DNA of 63,694 nucleotides, filler included, from Reticulomyxa filosa (lineage: Eukaryota; Protista; Foraminifera): the NCBI GenBank assembly GCA_000512085.1. It is 18 parts of 18 records of this genome, joined end to end, with 100 filler letters (N's around TTAATTAATTAA, not from the genome) between each part and the next. Parts side by side here need not be neighbours in the genome. Positions count along the whole stretch, not along the records: positions 22,087 to 32,762 come from ASPP01012021.1; positions 32,863 to 34,000 come from ASPP01012321.1; positions 34,101 to 36,407 come from ASPP01039373.1; 15 more parts are not named here. One strand, given 5' to 3'. Shown piece by piece: positions 22,871 to 35,655 of the stretch (its first letter is position 1; each line of letters begins with the position of its first letter). A program made the translations under genes and the position numbers. The notes under the pieces were generated by a model. It did no database searches. It had not been told where the DNA came from and saw only the letters and a list, made by a program, of their open reading frames with translations.

Positions 22871-23250
22871 GGCTCTATTGATAGTTTTTCTTTGTCTGAG
22901 AGTTAACTCAACACAACTTTACTTCTTTATTTGATGATATCTTTAAAACTTATATGATCTATGGAACGTAAAAAATGAATAGCTTATTGAAACTGCCTAT
23001 ATTTTCTCACAGCAAGACAAAGATTTTAAATTTTTTAATTTCCAGGATTCTAAGATTGCGTAAGTTAAAAAACAGTTTTATTTTCTGAAAAATGCCTTAA
23101 CAATACTTCAAAAAATTTCACTGTCTAGCACAGTGAAAAGAAAGTTCGTTAACGGCTAGAAAGTTTAAAAGTGTTTAGTTTTAAATCTATTGGGGTGACC
23201 TGTTATCATTTTAATTCTTCAGCTTCATAGAACCAGATTTTTCATCAAGT

Positions 23251-24620
23251 ATGAGTCTTGAACGTGCTTTGGGAATCATTGACAGTTTATTGGAGGTTCT
23301 TGACGAGGCTGACAAACGCCAGTCCCACACAAAGGAATCATGCACAAAAGCGGAATGCAAAAAAGAAACAACTACAGCCGCCCCTGCAAAGCCATTTGAA
23401 TATTTCACGAGCTTGGATGACATTGAAGAGTCCCAGTTGGTTCAAATTACCTCTGATTTTGCACTTTTGCAAGAAAAGTGGAAAGTAGCAGGCTTGGCTG
23501 AAAACGGTTTGAAATCCGAATCTCTCTTCATTCACTTTCAAACATCTCCAACAAACAAAAAAAAACACGCCAGCAAAAGGGAAAGGAGAGAAAAAAAAGG
23601 GACGAGAAACAAGAAAAGAAATGGAGGAGAAGAAAAATAAGAGAGGAAAAGGGGGGGGATGTTTAAGAAAAAAAAAAAGAAAATTCAAAAGAAAAAAAAA
23701 AAGAAGTTGTCAAAAAAAACAACTCTTATTTTTGCGAAACAGCGAACGTAAACCATTAATAAATTAAATTGATTTTTTTTTTGGCATTATTTTTCTTGTA
23801 TTGTAAATTCGATCTTTTTTTTTCTCCTCCCCTTTCGTATGAGATTAACATTGTTATTTTTTTCCTTTGTTGTTGGACAAAACAGACGAATTGAAGGAGT
23901 TTTGTGACCAAATCGGAAAAGTTGTTGAAATTGAATCTTCTGATGACACTTTGCAAATTCAATGGGAAAACTACGACACATGCTGGGTGCCTGCATTTGC
24001 TTGTGGAGTTGCGTTTGAATTAATAATTTTGTTTGTGTGACATATAATTTGTAATTTTATAAGAAATGTAATTTTTTTTGGAAATAAATTATTAATAAAT
24101 TATTTTAAAAAATGTGAAAAATGATAATAAAAAAAAGCGTGCACCAAGCGGCGCCAAACTCACCATTCCAGGAACCAATAATTCATGGTTGAATGAAGGC
24201 AAGGCAGTTGGTGCAGAATATGACGAGGAACAAAAACAAACAAACGAAGATGAAGACGAACGCTATCTTGCAAATTCAGAAGACACTGCAGTGATTATTG
24301 GAAACACAGTACGAGTCACTAAGGACTTGGCTTTGTTAGAGGAACGATGGAAATCGTCCGACTTGGGTCCTCATGATAAGATATCTGCGTTTTTGGGAGC
24401 AGTTGGAGCTATCCAAGAAATCAACGAAGACAACGATAGTGTGCGATTGCAATGGAAAAATGAAAAATCCAATTGGATCCCTGTTCAAGCTTGCTTGGTA
24501 TGTTGGTTGCTTCACACTTCACTTACCTTGCATTAAAAAAAAAAAGTATGTGTATATACATATATGCAATCGTGTTTCACTTTTGAATAGGATGCAAAAA
24601 ATGCCGAACCTACTTCAATT
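23251..24620 (+). CDS. Protein with two tandem Mind bomb REP/SH3_15-like domains (exons ~23251-23506, 23886-24000, 24137-24497, 24591-24620)
   Basis: Internal duplication: VQITSDFALLQEKW...LKEFCDQIGKVVEIESSDDTLQIQW....WVPAFAC versus VRVTKDLALLEERW...ISAFLGAVGAIQEINEDNDSVRLQW....WIPVQACL. The pattern resembles the Mib REP (V.V..D...L......M....G..G.V..I......V.V.F....W......L). Confidence 0.6.
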
Positions 24621-25089
24621 TGATGTTCGGATAAGAAGTCTTGAAGAAGGGTGTTGGTATTATTTATGGGACCACAAAACATGGTGAGACCCTGGAGTTT
24701 TTTTTTTGAATAAAGAGGGCGAACTTATAGGAGTACACATATTAACCCTTTGCATTATTTTGTCGGGCTCACTTCTGAAATTTCTTTTGAACACTTTTAC
24801 AATTATGTTTCCCTAAGAACATCTTCTAGTTTTCTAGGACCTTGTAATGTCCTACAAAATTAAAAACTGAGGGATGCAAGCTCAGGCGTGTGTCATTGTA
24901 ACTTCGGTCAATTGATAAAACTGAAAAACTAGGCGTATCACAATTTTTTATTGACGAAAATTTGGCGACTACAAGCAAAGAGAAGACATCTTTTACAAAG
25001 ATAAAACGAAATTAATGCTCAAAGAGAACACACAATCTAATACACATCGTTTTTAAAATAAAAGTACTAAAATAAAAAAAGGAACGATA

Positions 25090-26101
25090 ATGAGTCACCG
25101 TGGGATTAATCTCTCATTTAATCAACATGTGCCCAAATTTTTGCAAGGCCAGTCTCTATTGGCCAATCCATCCAACCAAAAGTTTGACATTTTTTTAAAT
25201 CCATTTCAAAGTTTTTTAGGTGTACCTTCTGTCCCTTTGTGCCGCGCATAGACAAAGATCAGAAAGTTCGGACAAAGATGAAACAGAGAAGGAGATGGTC
25301 TATGTAAAGCCAGTCATAGTGAATCTGGATGAATACACATCCGAAAAGAGTAACTTGACGGCGCTACAAAAAGAGCAATTGGAAGGCATTGTATCGAAAG
25401 GTGGGAATGTTGAAGAACGCAAGCCGATAGATTTCGACAACGCGAGTGAAGAGGAGATTCGCGAGTATTTTGCGAAAAAGAAAAACGTCCCAGAAACAAT
25501 AAAAGAAGTTAAACAAAATGGCGTAAACAAACAAAAAAACGAAGAAGAAGAGGAAGTAGAGGCAGAGGCAGAAGCAGAAGCAGAAGCAGAGACCAGCGAC
25601 TCGAAGCCCAAAAAAAAATCGGGTATTCGCTTTGTTCGATCGAATCGTAATATTTCAACCTTAACAAAAGAGACCAATTTGAAAAACAAACCAAACAATT
25701 GAATGAAAGCACTACTGTGGGTTCAGTGGTGGAAACTCCTGCCAACGACGGCACTGGAAATACCAATAACCAGTCCTCAACGGACAAACCCATAGACTCA
25801 TCGAAGCGTAAACTTTTCACGATTTTTGGAAACGGAAATCAAACGGCTAAAAGAAACGGCCAATACTAATGACACTGACAATAAAACCAATGACAGTACT
25901 GCTGTTGATCTGCAGTGTCAAAAGGACTCCTCTTTTTCTGATCCAAATAGATTTTATCCACCCTCCAAAGCAACCAAACTTAAATTCAAAAAACAGAAAA
26001 AACTTGCTCACGATGATGATACCAACGCATTTGATACACTTTTTGGCCAAGAAGAGTCACTTCCCAATACCGAGAAGGAACCTGTTGCTGAACACAAATA
26101 A
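25090..26101 (+). CDS. Charged low-complexity protein, DUF4604/KIAA1143-like
   Basis: N-terminal LSFNQHVPKFL, central KPVIVNL, basic GIRFVR and C-terminal KKLAHDDD resemble the DUF4604 layout; apparent frameshifts at A/T-runs. Confidence 0.45.
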
Positions 26102-27796
26102 TACAACTTAGAATTCACGCCGCTTTTGAACAAAACAATCACATAAAAAAGAACTGGTCTTAATTTTTAATTTAAAAAAATTTAAATATTTTCAACTTCT
26201 TGAAAGTTGAAGATGCTCACACAATGTTTCAGCTTTTTTGTTTGATTTGTTTGTGTTCAATACAACTGTTTGAATTTCGAAAATGTATTTCAGTTAGTTA
26301 TACTCTGAAATAATCTTCAACTATTTTTGTCAAAAAATACTTCACAAAAATAGCCAAAGCTTTGACGTACATTTGCTTTTGTATGATAAAAAAAACTAGA
26401 CTAATACTTACGTTGTATCTCAAATATGAAGAGCTTATTGAGAAAATAAAAGAAATAATCTAGTATTAGATTTGTTAATACTAATAGAATGAGTCAACGA
26501 CACCAGAATCTGCGTAGTGTTACAAGAAGTAGAAAATGCGAATGTAAAAACAAATACATTCAGCGTAACGAAGAATCCAAGAAAACCATATATTTGTTGA
26601 AAGAAAGTTTTCCAATAATTGTATTTTTCTTTTGTGTCAGATCACAAGATCAAAGTTGATACAAACATACTAAATACAATATAATGTATTAATATAACAA
26701 TTGTCAACTATTTGATAAGTTATAACATATTGTGTAGTCTTTCAAGATTACAAAAGATAATAAGTTGTTATTTATTCGAATAAATCAAAGCATCAAGAAA
26801 TGAAACTATTAAGTAAATAAATGAAAAATTAGTCAATGTAATTATTTCATGTTATATATATTATCCAGGTTAAAACAAAGAAGTTATTGTAAAAGGAATT
26901 TATCAATTATAAGATATTTAATATACTATATCAAAATTAAATGATTTAGTACATTAAATCAGATTGATTTTTTGTTTAACAAAAGCATTTTCTGTAAATT
27001 ATATTTAGTACAATACAATTGAACAAGAAGAAATTATTGCGAATTTATGTCATAAATGCTCAAATGATTAATTATGGCGTTCAAGATAAAGCGAAATCGA
27101 TTGTGCAATTAACAAAAAATCAGAAAATACATTTAACAAATCGTGATATCAATGCATACTTAAACGTAAATGCAAAGAGAAAAATAAATTAAATTAATAA
27201 TAGAATAATGACATAACAAAGCAAAAATAAATATACGACATAAACGTAATAATTGAACTAATTCTTTGTGAAAAAGTTTCTAGTTTATATTGAAACTTAT
27301 CTTAAATTTAGTATTGTGTTGAATATATAATCAAGAATTGTTAATGTATACATAGTAACAAGTACTGAAACATGAGAACGGTACATTGTGAATATATTTT
27401 CTGTTTGAAAGACCAATATGTAAAAAAGAATGAAAATATTAAATATCTATAATTTATTACATTAGAAAATAATATTTTGATGCAGCTTAATATTTGTCAT
27501 TGTTTTTTAAAAACTCCAAAAATAATTAAGATTGACAATTATATTAAACAGTTGTAGAAAAAGTGCATATGATAGAATTTTTTTTTACCACTGAATAAGC
27601 CAATTACATATATTTTATTAATAAAGAGAAAAGTTGTAATGTATGAATAAAGCGCTTTTAAATTCGGAAAAAAATATACTTAAATGATTTTAAAACGAAA
27701 GAGAAGAACAGACTTGGGTGCTTAAGAATGAAGGGCAGGGGGTAGCTTTAAGTATATGTTTAAAGATTCTTGAACGTATTGTAGTTAAAAGTAACA

Positions 27797-29268
27797 ATGG
27801 GTGGTTGTATGAGTGATTCCCAAGATACAACAGACCGTAACGTCGAAAGAGAAATAGAAAAAGATAAAAAGCAAGACACGCGAGCGCATAAACTGTTGTT
27901 ACTCGGAGCAGGAGGAAGTGGCAAATCGACATTTTTCAAGCAATTGAAGGCGATCCATGGAGAAGGACACAATGACCGAGAAAAAGAAGGGTTTAAAAGA
28001 CAAATCCATGGCCAAGTAGTTGAGAGTATCCAATTATTAATACGACAATGCAAGACAGTGACAAAAGACCCATTGCCCGGAATAAAAGATGAAGATGACG
28101 AACCATTTGGGAACGACGACTTGGACGATGCTCGGTTATCAAACAGTTTAAAAGTGGAAATGACGGAAACGGAAATTGCGCAGTTTAAAATCGCAAAAGA
28201 GTTTGATCAGAGTTGCCAATATCTATTGGAAATCCATGGCAGTCGTTCCGCGCTCACAGAACAACTCGTCACTCATGTGAAAAGTTTATGGAATGAGTGT
28301 CCTGCTATCCAAGCCATGTTCGAACATCGCAACAAAATTGGCATACCCGATAGCAGTGCTTTTTTCTTTAATGATATCGAACGAATTGGTCGAAGCGACT
28401 ACACCCCAGACCACAAAGATATCGTCTTGGCCAGATACCGAACCACCGGAATGACCGAAAAAGAATTTCATATCAAAGATGCTGTCTTCAAGGTGCTTGA
28501 CGTTGGAGGACAACGCAATGAACGCAAAAAATGGATTCATTTTTTCGATGGTTTTACTATTTATTTATTTATTTATTTTTGCAAACAATTTTAGAAATTT
28601 TTTTTTCCTTAAAAAAAAGACTACGTATATATACAAATATTTAATTCTCCCTTTTTTTAAAAAAAAGTATACGCACATACGATACACTTTTTTTTTTTTG
28701 CGATTTTTGTTACTGATTGTCCATTGTAGGCGTGACGGCGGTATTGTTTGTGGTGTCTTTAACGTGCTATGACGAGGTTCCATTTGAAGATGTGACGGAT
28801 TTGGCAGCGGATGTGACGCTGATGAATAGCATGTTGGAATCGATAAAGGTGTTTGAAGATACGTTGGACTTTGAATGCTTTCAAAAAACAGGGTTCATTC
28901 TATTCTTCAACAAAGCCGATTTAATGCAAGAAAAAATCAAACGCGTTCCAATCACTAATGCCTTTCCTAATTACAAAGGACCACAAGAATTCAAGCCGTC
29001 GGTTGATTATATTTCTAAGTATTTCCTCAGTTTGAACCGCGTCCCTGAAAGAGAGATGTTGTTACGTTTTTTTTTTGAATATGTATTATTTGTTAATTAT
29101 TGGTAGGGATTTTTCAATATGCAAAAAAAAATTAACCACTTTCGTTTGATTGATTACAGTTCGCATGTTACCACGGCAACAAGTACGAGAAATGTTGAGA
29201 AAGTGTTCAATGATGTACAGCAGTCAGTTATAAATTGGAGCTTGAGAAATGCTGGGCTAGTTGAATGA
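27797..29268 (+). CDS. Heterotrimeric G protein alpha subunit; introns 28551-28729 and 29061-29159
   Basis: MGGC acylation start, KLLLLGAGGSGKST, DIVLARYRTTG, DVGGQRNERKKWIH.F, ILFFNKADL and HVTTATST.NV.KVF, ending ...LRNAGLVE*. Confidence 0.97.
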
Positions 29269-30116
29269 TATAAAAATTGGGTCAATTTAAAAAAAAAGAT
29301 TGAATGGGAATGGCAAAGATGGAGCACTTAACAACTCTTTTTTTTTCTTTAGATTTTGATATCATTGTTGTATTTGAGGGGCAGATGCTATTTTTGTAAT
29401 AGCAGTGGGATACAGGCCATAGGGGGATTATCTCATAAATTTTTTTGTTGGTAATAATAAAATTCTTTACCGTGCTGCAATATAGCGTTGTTTTTCCTTT
29501 TTTCCGTGGTTAATTTAGTGTGAGTGTGGGAGAAACAGAGGTAATGTGGAAACCAAAGGCAAATTGGTTACTTCTCGCAGTGGTTTAAATAACAGGCTCT
29601 CCTTTTCACCTAATATCAATTGAATGTCTCGCAAGTTTGATTTTTTTGTCTATTGACATTACTTTTTTCTTCTTTTTTTGGATGAAGGGGAGCAGTAGAA
29701 ATTATTACGAGGTTTTTTCTATTTTGATGAAAAAGGCTAGTTCTACCGAGGGGGAAAAAAAATTTTAATTTTTAATTTTGTAATCTCGAGTTAAGAGTGA
29801 GGTTTCTAATGCAAAATTTTAATATTTTATTTTTTTTACATTATATATAATTATTGCACTAACGTTTTCTCTCAAATTTTTAAAAAGACAAAAATGCCAA
29901 AAAAAAATTGGTAGTTTATAAAATCCTTAGTTACGTAAAGATGTGTATACGTTTCTAGCAAATAAAGGCAGCGACAAGCAATTTCTAGATACAAAAAAGA
30001 AACTGGTTGACATAATAGTTCTTACACAATTGATGTTCTTCACAAAACAAACTGCAAGACATTCAGCACAACAAAAAATTGATTTTATATTGTTGACGAT
30101 ACCACTTGAAAGGTTT

Positions 30117-30338
30117 CTACTTTCCATGTCGCTTTTTTCCACTTTTTTCGGTCGTACTGGTACACGGTGAATCCTTTGTTGTCGCTCCACAACAGTCCCA
30201 ACACCAACCCCCTCGATTACAGCGTCGGCCACCCGTTACACACCAACAGTCGTCGTCGTGGTATTCCCATGAACCAGTATGCTTTTTTGACTCTTCTTCT
30301 TCAGTTGTTTCCTTCTTCTTATGTTTTGATTTAGGCAT
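30117..30338 (-). CDS. Small Cys/His/Trp-rich putative zinc-binding protein
   Basis: HTGSW..H...C.C......C..GGWCWDCCG.....SPC flanked by charged tails; GC-rich coding-like island. Confidence 0.5.
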   Translation of the reverse strand: MPKSKHKKKETTEEEESKKHTGSWEYHDDDCWCVTGGRRCNRGGWCWDCCGATTKDSPCTSTTEKSGKKRHGK

Positions 30339-31739
30339 TAATATAATGTCGTGGATACTAACTTATTAGAAAAAACTACACCGTAGCACCGTTTTTTTAA
30401 AGACAACTCGGGATCAACTGACGCAACGTTATTGTGCGAACTTAAATGATGTTTTGGTTAAGATTGTCATTGTACATGATAATCAAATAGTACGGTTTAT
30501 TTTTGTTAAAAAAAATTAAATCACAAGCAAATTGTAATTGATTCTATACTATGTATGGCATTTGACGATAAAAGTAGGATATCACAAAATAATAGAAAAT
30601 CTTTCACCAAAAGTGGTAATATTTCCAAAGACAAAAAATAAATACAAAACAAGTTATGTGAAGCACGAGTCAAGTCAATGCAAAAAAAATTGAAGCAATA
30701 ATTCAAGTGGAAGGAAAAAACACAAAATAGAAAATAAAAATTAAAAAAATATTCACATAAAATAATGTCAAAGCAAATATTTTCTTGTCATATGCAAGCT
30801 GTCCAAGTCTCCCTCACAAACCCGAAAAAGAGCACAATGTTTGTGTGTATTTGTTTTAACCACAACACGAAACACTCCCAAGCGATGAAAACAGATCACT
30901 TTTTTCAAGCAGAAGTGCAGTTTCTGCATGGAGAAAAGTGGAAGAAATGTTAAATAATGAATGTTTGCAAAAACTTAATTCAAGCACTGTCAGATCATTT
31001 CAAATGGAAAATGTAAGAGAAATCTATTTTAGCAAATAATTTTTGGATAGAAAAGACAGCGACATCATATAAAAGGCAACGTAATAACATAAATTACGAC
31101 ATTTGATATCCGAATACCTTCTTCAAAAAAAAAGAAATGGTCAGATGACGTTGAAAGAATTTTAGTCAATTTGAAGAGGAAAAAAAACAGATATGATTGT
31201 AACTTGTTTAAACTGATTCACTAATGAATACTTAACAAAGAACTCTTTGAGCTTTGCTCGAACAGGCTTCACATGAAAGATAAAAAAAAATAAAAAAATG
31301 GAATTGACCCCTTTTTTAACAGTTTTTGGAAACATAATTTTTCTTTTCGTTTTCAATTTGATTATTCAAAAGATGTTGAATCATTTATGCGTAAAACTCA
31401 GAATTAATCTTAACTTGTGTTTTGTAACATAAAGTCAGAATAAAAATTTTATGTAAACAACCGCTTCAATTATATTGGATGGATGGTATTTATGTCCCTT
31501 TTTGGAGATGTTGTTATTTACTAATTGTACGTATTTTTTTTAATAATAAAATTTGAAATAATTTTTGTTGTCACTGAAATAGCAATAAGTATATACATAT
31601 GTAGTTAGAGCTTATTATTGATAATTATATTAATCTTTCGCAATTTTATGAAAAATATTTGACATTCAGTGATCATGTGGTGTGAATTGGATGTCATTTC
31701 TAAAAAAGAAATGATTAAGGCAATCAATAACTCAAAAAC

Positions 31740-32350
31740 TATCATTGATAAAAATGAAAATTTCTACAGGCGTTGGAATCATTAAAATATATTGTATAGG
31801 TGTCTTATCAGATGCAAGTAACATCTTCAATTGTTCGATTAAATAGATACATCATCTAGACTTTGCTGCAATAATTGCAGTTGATCATTCATTTCATCAA
31901 CATTAATTGTAAATATTGATGTCCAAATTGTTACATCATCTGTAAACATCTCACATTGAACAGGCTGATGGAAAACTGTTGATAAATCATTAATGTAAAT
32001 AGAAACAGTATTGTGGATAAAGCAGATCCTTGATTAATTATAGTATTGAATTCCATCCAATATGAGTGAGTTCCATTCAATAAAATTCTTGCAAGTCAAT
32101 ATGATAAAAAGCTATCAATCTAACAATATAATTTCTAATCTAATTTAAATTCATTTCTCATTTTATATATCAATAAATTTCTACAAATACTATCATATGC
32201 TGCAGAGATATTTAACACAAAGCATAAGTCACTAAATCCAATCGAATGACTTGCGGATCTTTCAATCAATCTAAATAACAACAAATCAGTGTTATGCAAC
32301 AATTGGAATTCTGATTGTGTTTGGTGCAATAATTGTTGTCATTCAACAAT
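31740..32350 (-). mobile_element. Degenerate non-LTR (LINE-like) retrotransposon reverse transcriptase fragment
   Basis: VLNISAAYDSICRNLLIYKM (LD...AFDSV motif), IDSFLS, QGSALSTILFL/YINDL and MFTDDV (FADD), with in-frame stops and a frameshift. Confidence 0.88.
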
Positions 32351-33083
32351 AACATTTAATATTAATGATAAATTGCATAAATATTAATTTTTTACAATAA
32401 TATTCTTTTTTAAAAAATTGATTTTGAAAGGACTGTGCTTGGAAGAGTCAAGATACTTCGACATATCTTAAGTTTTGAAAATTTATTGAAGTATTCCAAA
32501 ATCGTTTCGTATAAGAAAGTTCCACAAAACTTTTCGATCAAGAAAGAAATTTTTTATAGTGATATAAAGTTTTTTATAGTTAGATTTGTAATATTGTGAC
32601 TTCTGCCCTTTTTTTACTGTTTTTGGAACGTATTTTGCTACAATTCATTTGGGCTGTCATCATCGGTTTAGCATTTAGTGACTGTGAGGTGGATGTGTTT
32701 GTTTAAACTTACTGCGTATCCTGTCCTAAGTTCTTTAAGAGTGCCAAGGTGTAAACTCCTGGNNNNNNNNNNNNNNNNNNNNNNNNNNNNNNNNNNNNNN
32801 NNNNNNTTAATTAATTAANNNNNNNNNNNNNNNNNNNNNNNNNNNNNNNNNNNNNNNNNNNNAGGACGAGAAAAAAAAGCCAGTAACAGAGTGAAAAAAA
32901 AAAAATACAAAAAGAAATGAATGGAATTGGACTTAAATAATAAAAAAAACTGTAACAAAGAATTTCAAGTAGCTTTTATCGAATATATACCTCACGGTCA
33001 ACGTTTTAGCAGAATTTTTTTTTTTTTTGGTGGCAACCTGAAATGAATTTCAAACACCCCACAAGAAAGAACAGCACAAAAAG

Positions 33084-34000
33084 ATGTTGTTAAATGCATC
33101 TAAAGCGGGTTTTGATTCCGAGCCTTTGCTTGTGACGACGATGGTGACGAGTTTTGTATGTAGCGCCTACTGCCTGTGTTTGTTGTTTGTGGTTTGGCGT
33201 TACTTATGGGCGAAACGATCGCCACGAGTTCCGAGTGAGTCAATAATAGAGAGACCGACAACAATAGAGCTTGAGAGTGCGACAGCATCGGACGTGAGAA
33301 AAGAGAGAGACGAGACGGGTCCAATTGATAGTAGAATTAAGTGGATTGTAACATTGTATGTGCTAAGTAATTATTTGATATGCATTGGCAGTACGTGTGA
33401 ACGTATATTTTACGCAGTGACTCTCTTGCCCGGCAAAGGATGTCAAGGCACGTTATACGTATCCTATTTTCGAGTGTTTACAGACGGGCTTTTCTTTTTG
33501 TTTTATTTGGTTCGCACAACCATTCCGCTTGAAAACAGCGCGTATCGGATACCAAAGAGCCAACAGTATTTCCTTGGCATCGCGCCAATGGCTACTTACG
33601 GCAGTATATTTGTCGCATTCAATTTACGCTTGCAAGTGTATGGATGCCATTTTGCTGACCTTACATCCACCATTTTGATTATCTTGCTGTGCATTTGTCA
33701 TTTGTTTTGGAATGTTGTTTTATTGTATTTCCTGGCTTATCATATCCAACAAGTTTTGTGTCATTAAAAATACGTATACTTAACAAAAATTTAATTTTTT
33801 TTTTTTTTTTATTTTTTTTAGGAATTAAATTAAATTAAATTAAATTGAAAATGAAAACAGTTGAGAAAAAACGAATTGTTTCCTAACAAAGAAGATCAAG
33901 AAGCATTGAAAAAATACTTGGAAAAGTTGCTGCGACTGTCAATCACAGGTGGAATAACCACTTTTGCAATGTATGCTCTCGCTATAGCTATTCCTGTGAC
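33084..34000 (+). CDS. GPCR-like multi-pass membrane protein, 5' part; intron ~33753-33860
   Basis: Six hydrophobic helices in 7TM-like spacing, a Cys at the start of TM3 (KGCQG) and F..FYLVR at its end. Truncated by the contig end. Confidence 0.6.
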
Positions 34001-34100
34001 NNNNNNNNNNNNNNNNNNNNNNNNNNNNNNNNNNNNNNNNNNNNTTAATTAATTAANNNNNNNNNNNNNNNNNNNNNNNNNNNNNNNNNNNNNNNNNNNN

Positions 34101-34482
34101 AGGCTCAAAAAGCATTGGAGAACTATGGACGTGAAGTGGCACTTTGTCGCCAGTATTTTAATGTGATTCAAGAGATGAAAGGCACCATCCGTGTATATTG
34201 CCGTGTTCGGCCACTTTTGCAAAATGATAGCTCGAGTGAAATGAGTGTTGAATTTGTTGATGAATGCACCTTGCGTGCATACAATCCGGAAGAGGTGCAA
34301 ATGAATAATATCAACAATGTGATGTCAACCTTTGCAGTCGCAAGCACGTTGTGGCAAAAACCGAAATAAAACGCTTGAATTTGACAAAGACTATCAACCC
34401 AATGCAACGCAAGAGCAAGTGTTTGAAGACACAAAGCAATTGGTCACATCCGTCTTGGATGGATACAACGTCTGCATATTTG
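34101..34482 (+). CDS. Kinesin-14 neck and N-terminal motor-domain fragment; intron 34295-34337
   Basis: YFN.IQEMKGTIRVYCRVRPLL, EFDK.Y..NATQEQVFED...LVTSVLDGYNVCIF. No P-loop exon is seen downstream. Confidence 0.88.
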
Positions 34483-35655
34483 TTAAGTCAACATTATTAA
34501 TGTTATCAAATTTGTCTTGTATATAATTCAGGAATTCAGAGACTTAAGTTTGATTAGAAAAAAAAATAATAATAATAACATAAATAAATTCTCTTTTAAA
34601 TTATTATGCAATGCCATTGACTTTTATGTCGTTTTCCAATATTAATAGTTTATTCCTTGATTTATATAGTGATTGTTTTAAAACAATTTTTTATCCTATC
34701 AAATACCCAGATTAGATTGCAAAACAGCACTGACATGTAATGACTTTGTTTGTAAGAAGTGTTTACACATACATTTGAACATGTTTATTGAGAATATTCA
34801 AAATTTTTCTGATAAATTGCCACAAAATTGGTTTAAGTGAGATTTCTACTTATAATCATGTGCTATTTCAACAACTTTGTTCAATTGTTGGTATTGTTAT
34901 TTTTAAACATACATTGAGATTATGTATTTTGAGTTTAATGGTATTCTTTTTGATGCGATTTTCTTTTAGTTTCTGTGTGTAGGCATAATACTTTTTTTTA
35001 TACCATTCAAAAAAGGTATTGCATGATTTTATTACAAAATAAGATTCTAAAGAACTTTTGTTAATTTTTTTTCCCCTTTGCATGCAAGCCACAAAGGTTT
35101 TTTATAAGAGAAAAAAAACGATTTCAGATTTTGTATGAGTTCCCCGAAACTATTCTTCTCTTTCTCATTTGTTAATAAATGTTTTTTTTAACAAAGGATA
35201 TTGTTCTATTTTCTAATCAAAATTATTTTAATTATTGTGTATTTTTTGAATTGCTACACATACTCCTAATGGCGCTTCGTTCTTCGTTTTAAAGAAATTT
35301 GATGGAAAAAAAAGCATTTTTAATATGTACAATTGCCAGTTTGTCCAATGTTATATTGTATTCTTTTATCAATGTGTATGATTCTTTATTTTTGTTTGGA
35401 TGATTAGATATTCTTGCACAAAAAAATATAAGTTACTAGTTTATAATCAAGTTGTTATTCAAAATAATATTGATTAAATATTTTTATCTCAAATGTCTAA
35501 AAAAAATTGGGTGGTTATAAAAATGTTTTCTCAGAATAACGGGCTTAATTCAAGAAACAAAACAGGGTTATCACGTTCAAAAAAACCTATAAAAAAAAAA
35601 CTCTAAAAAATCATAATCTTTAAGATTGATAATCAAACCTTAAAGGGGAAAAAAG

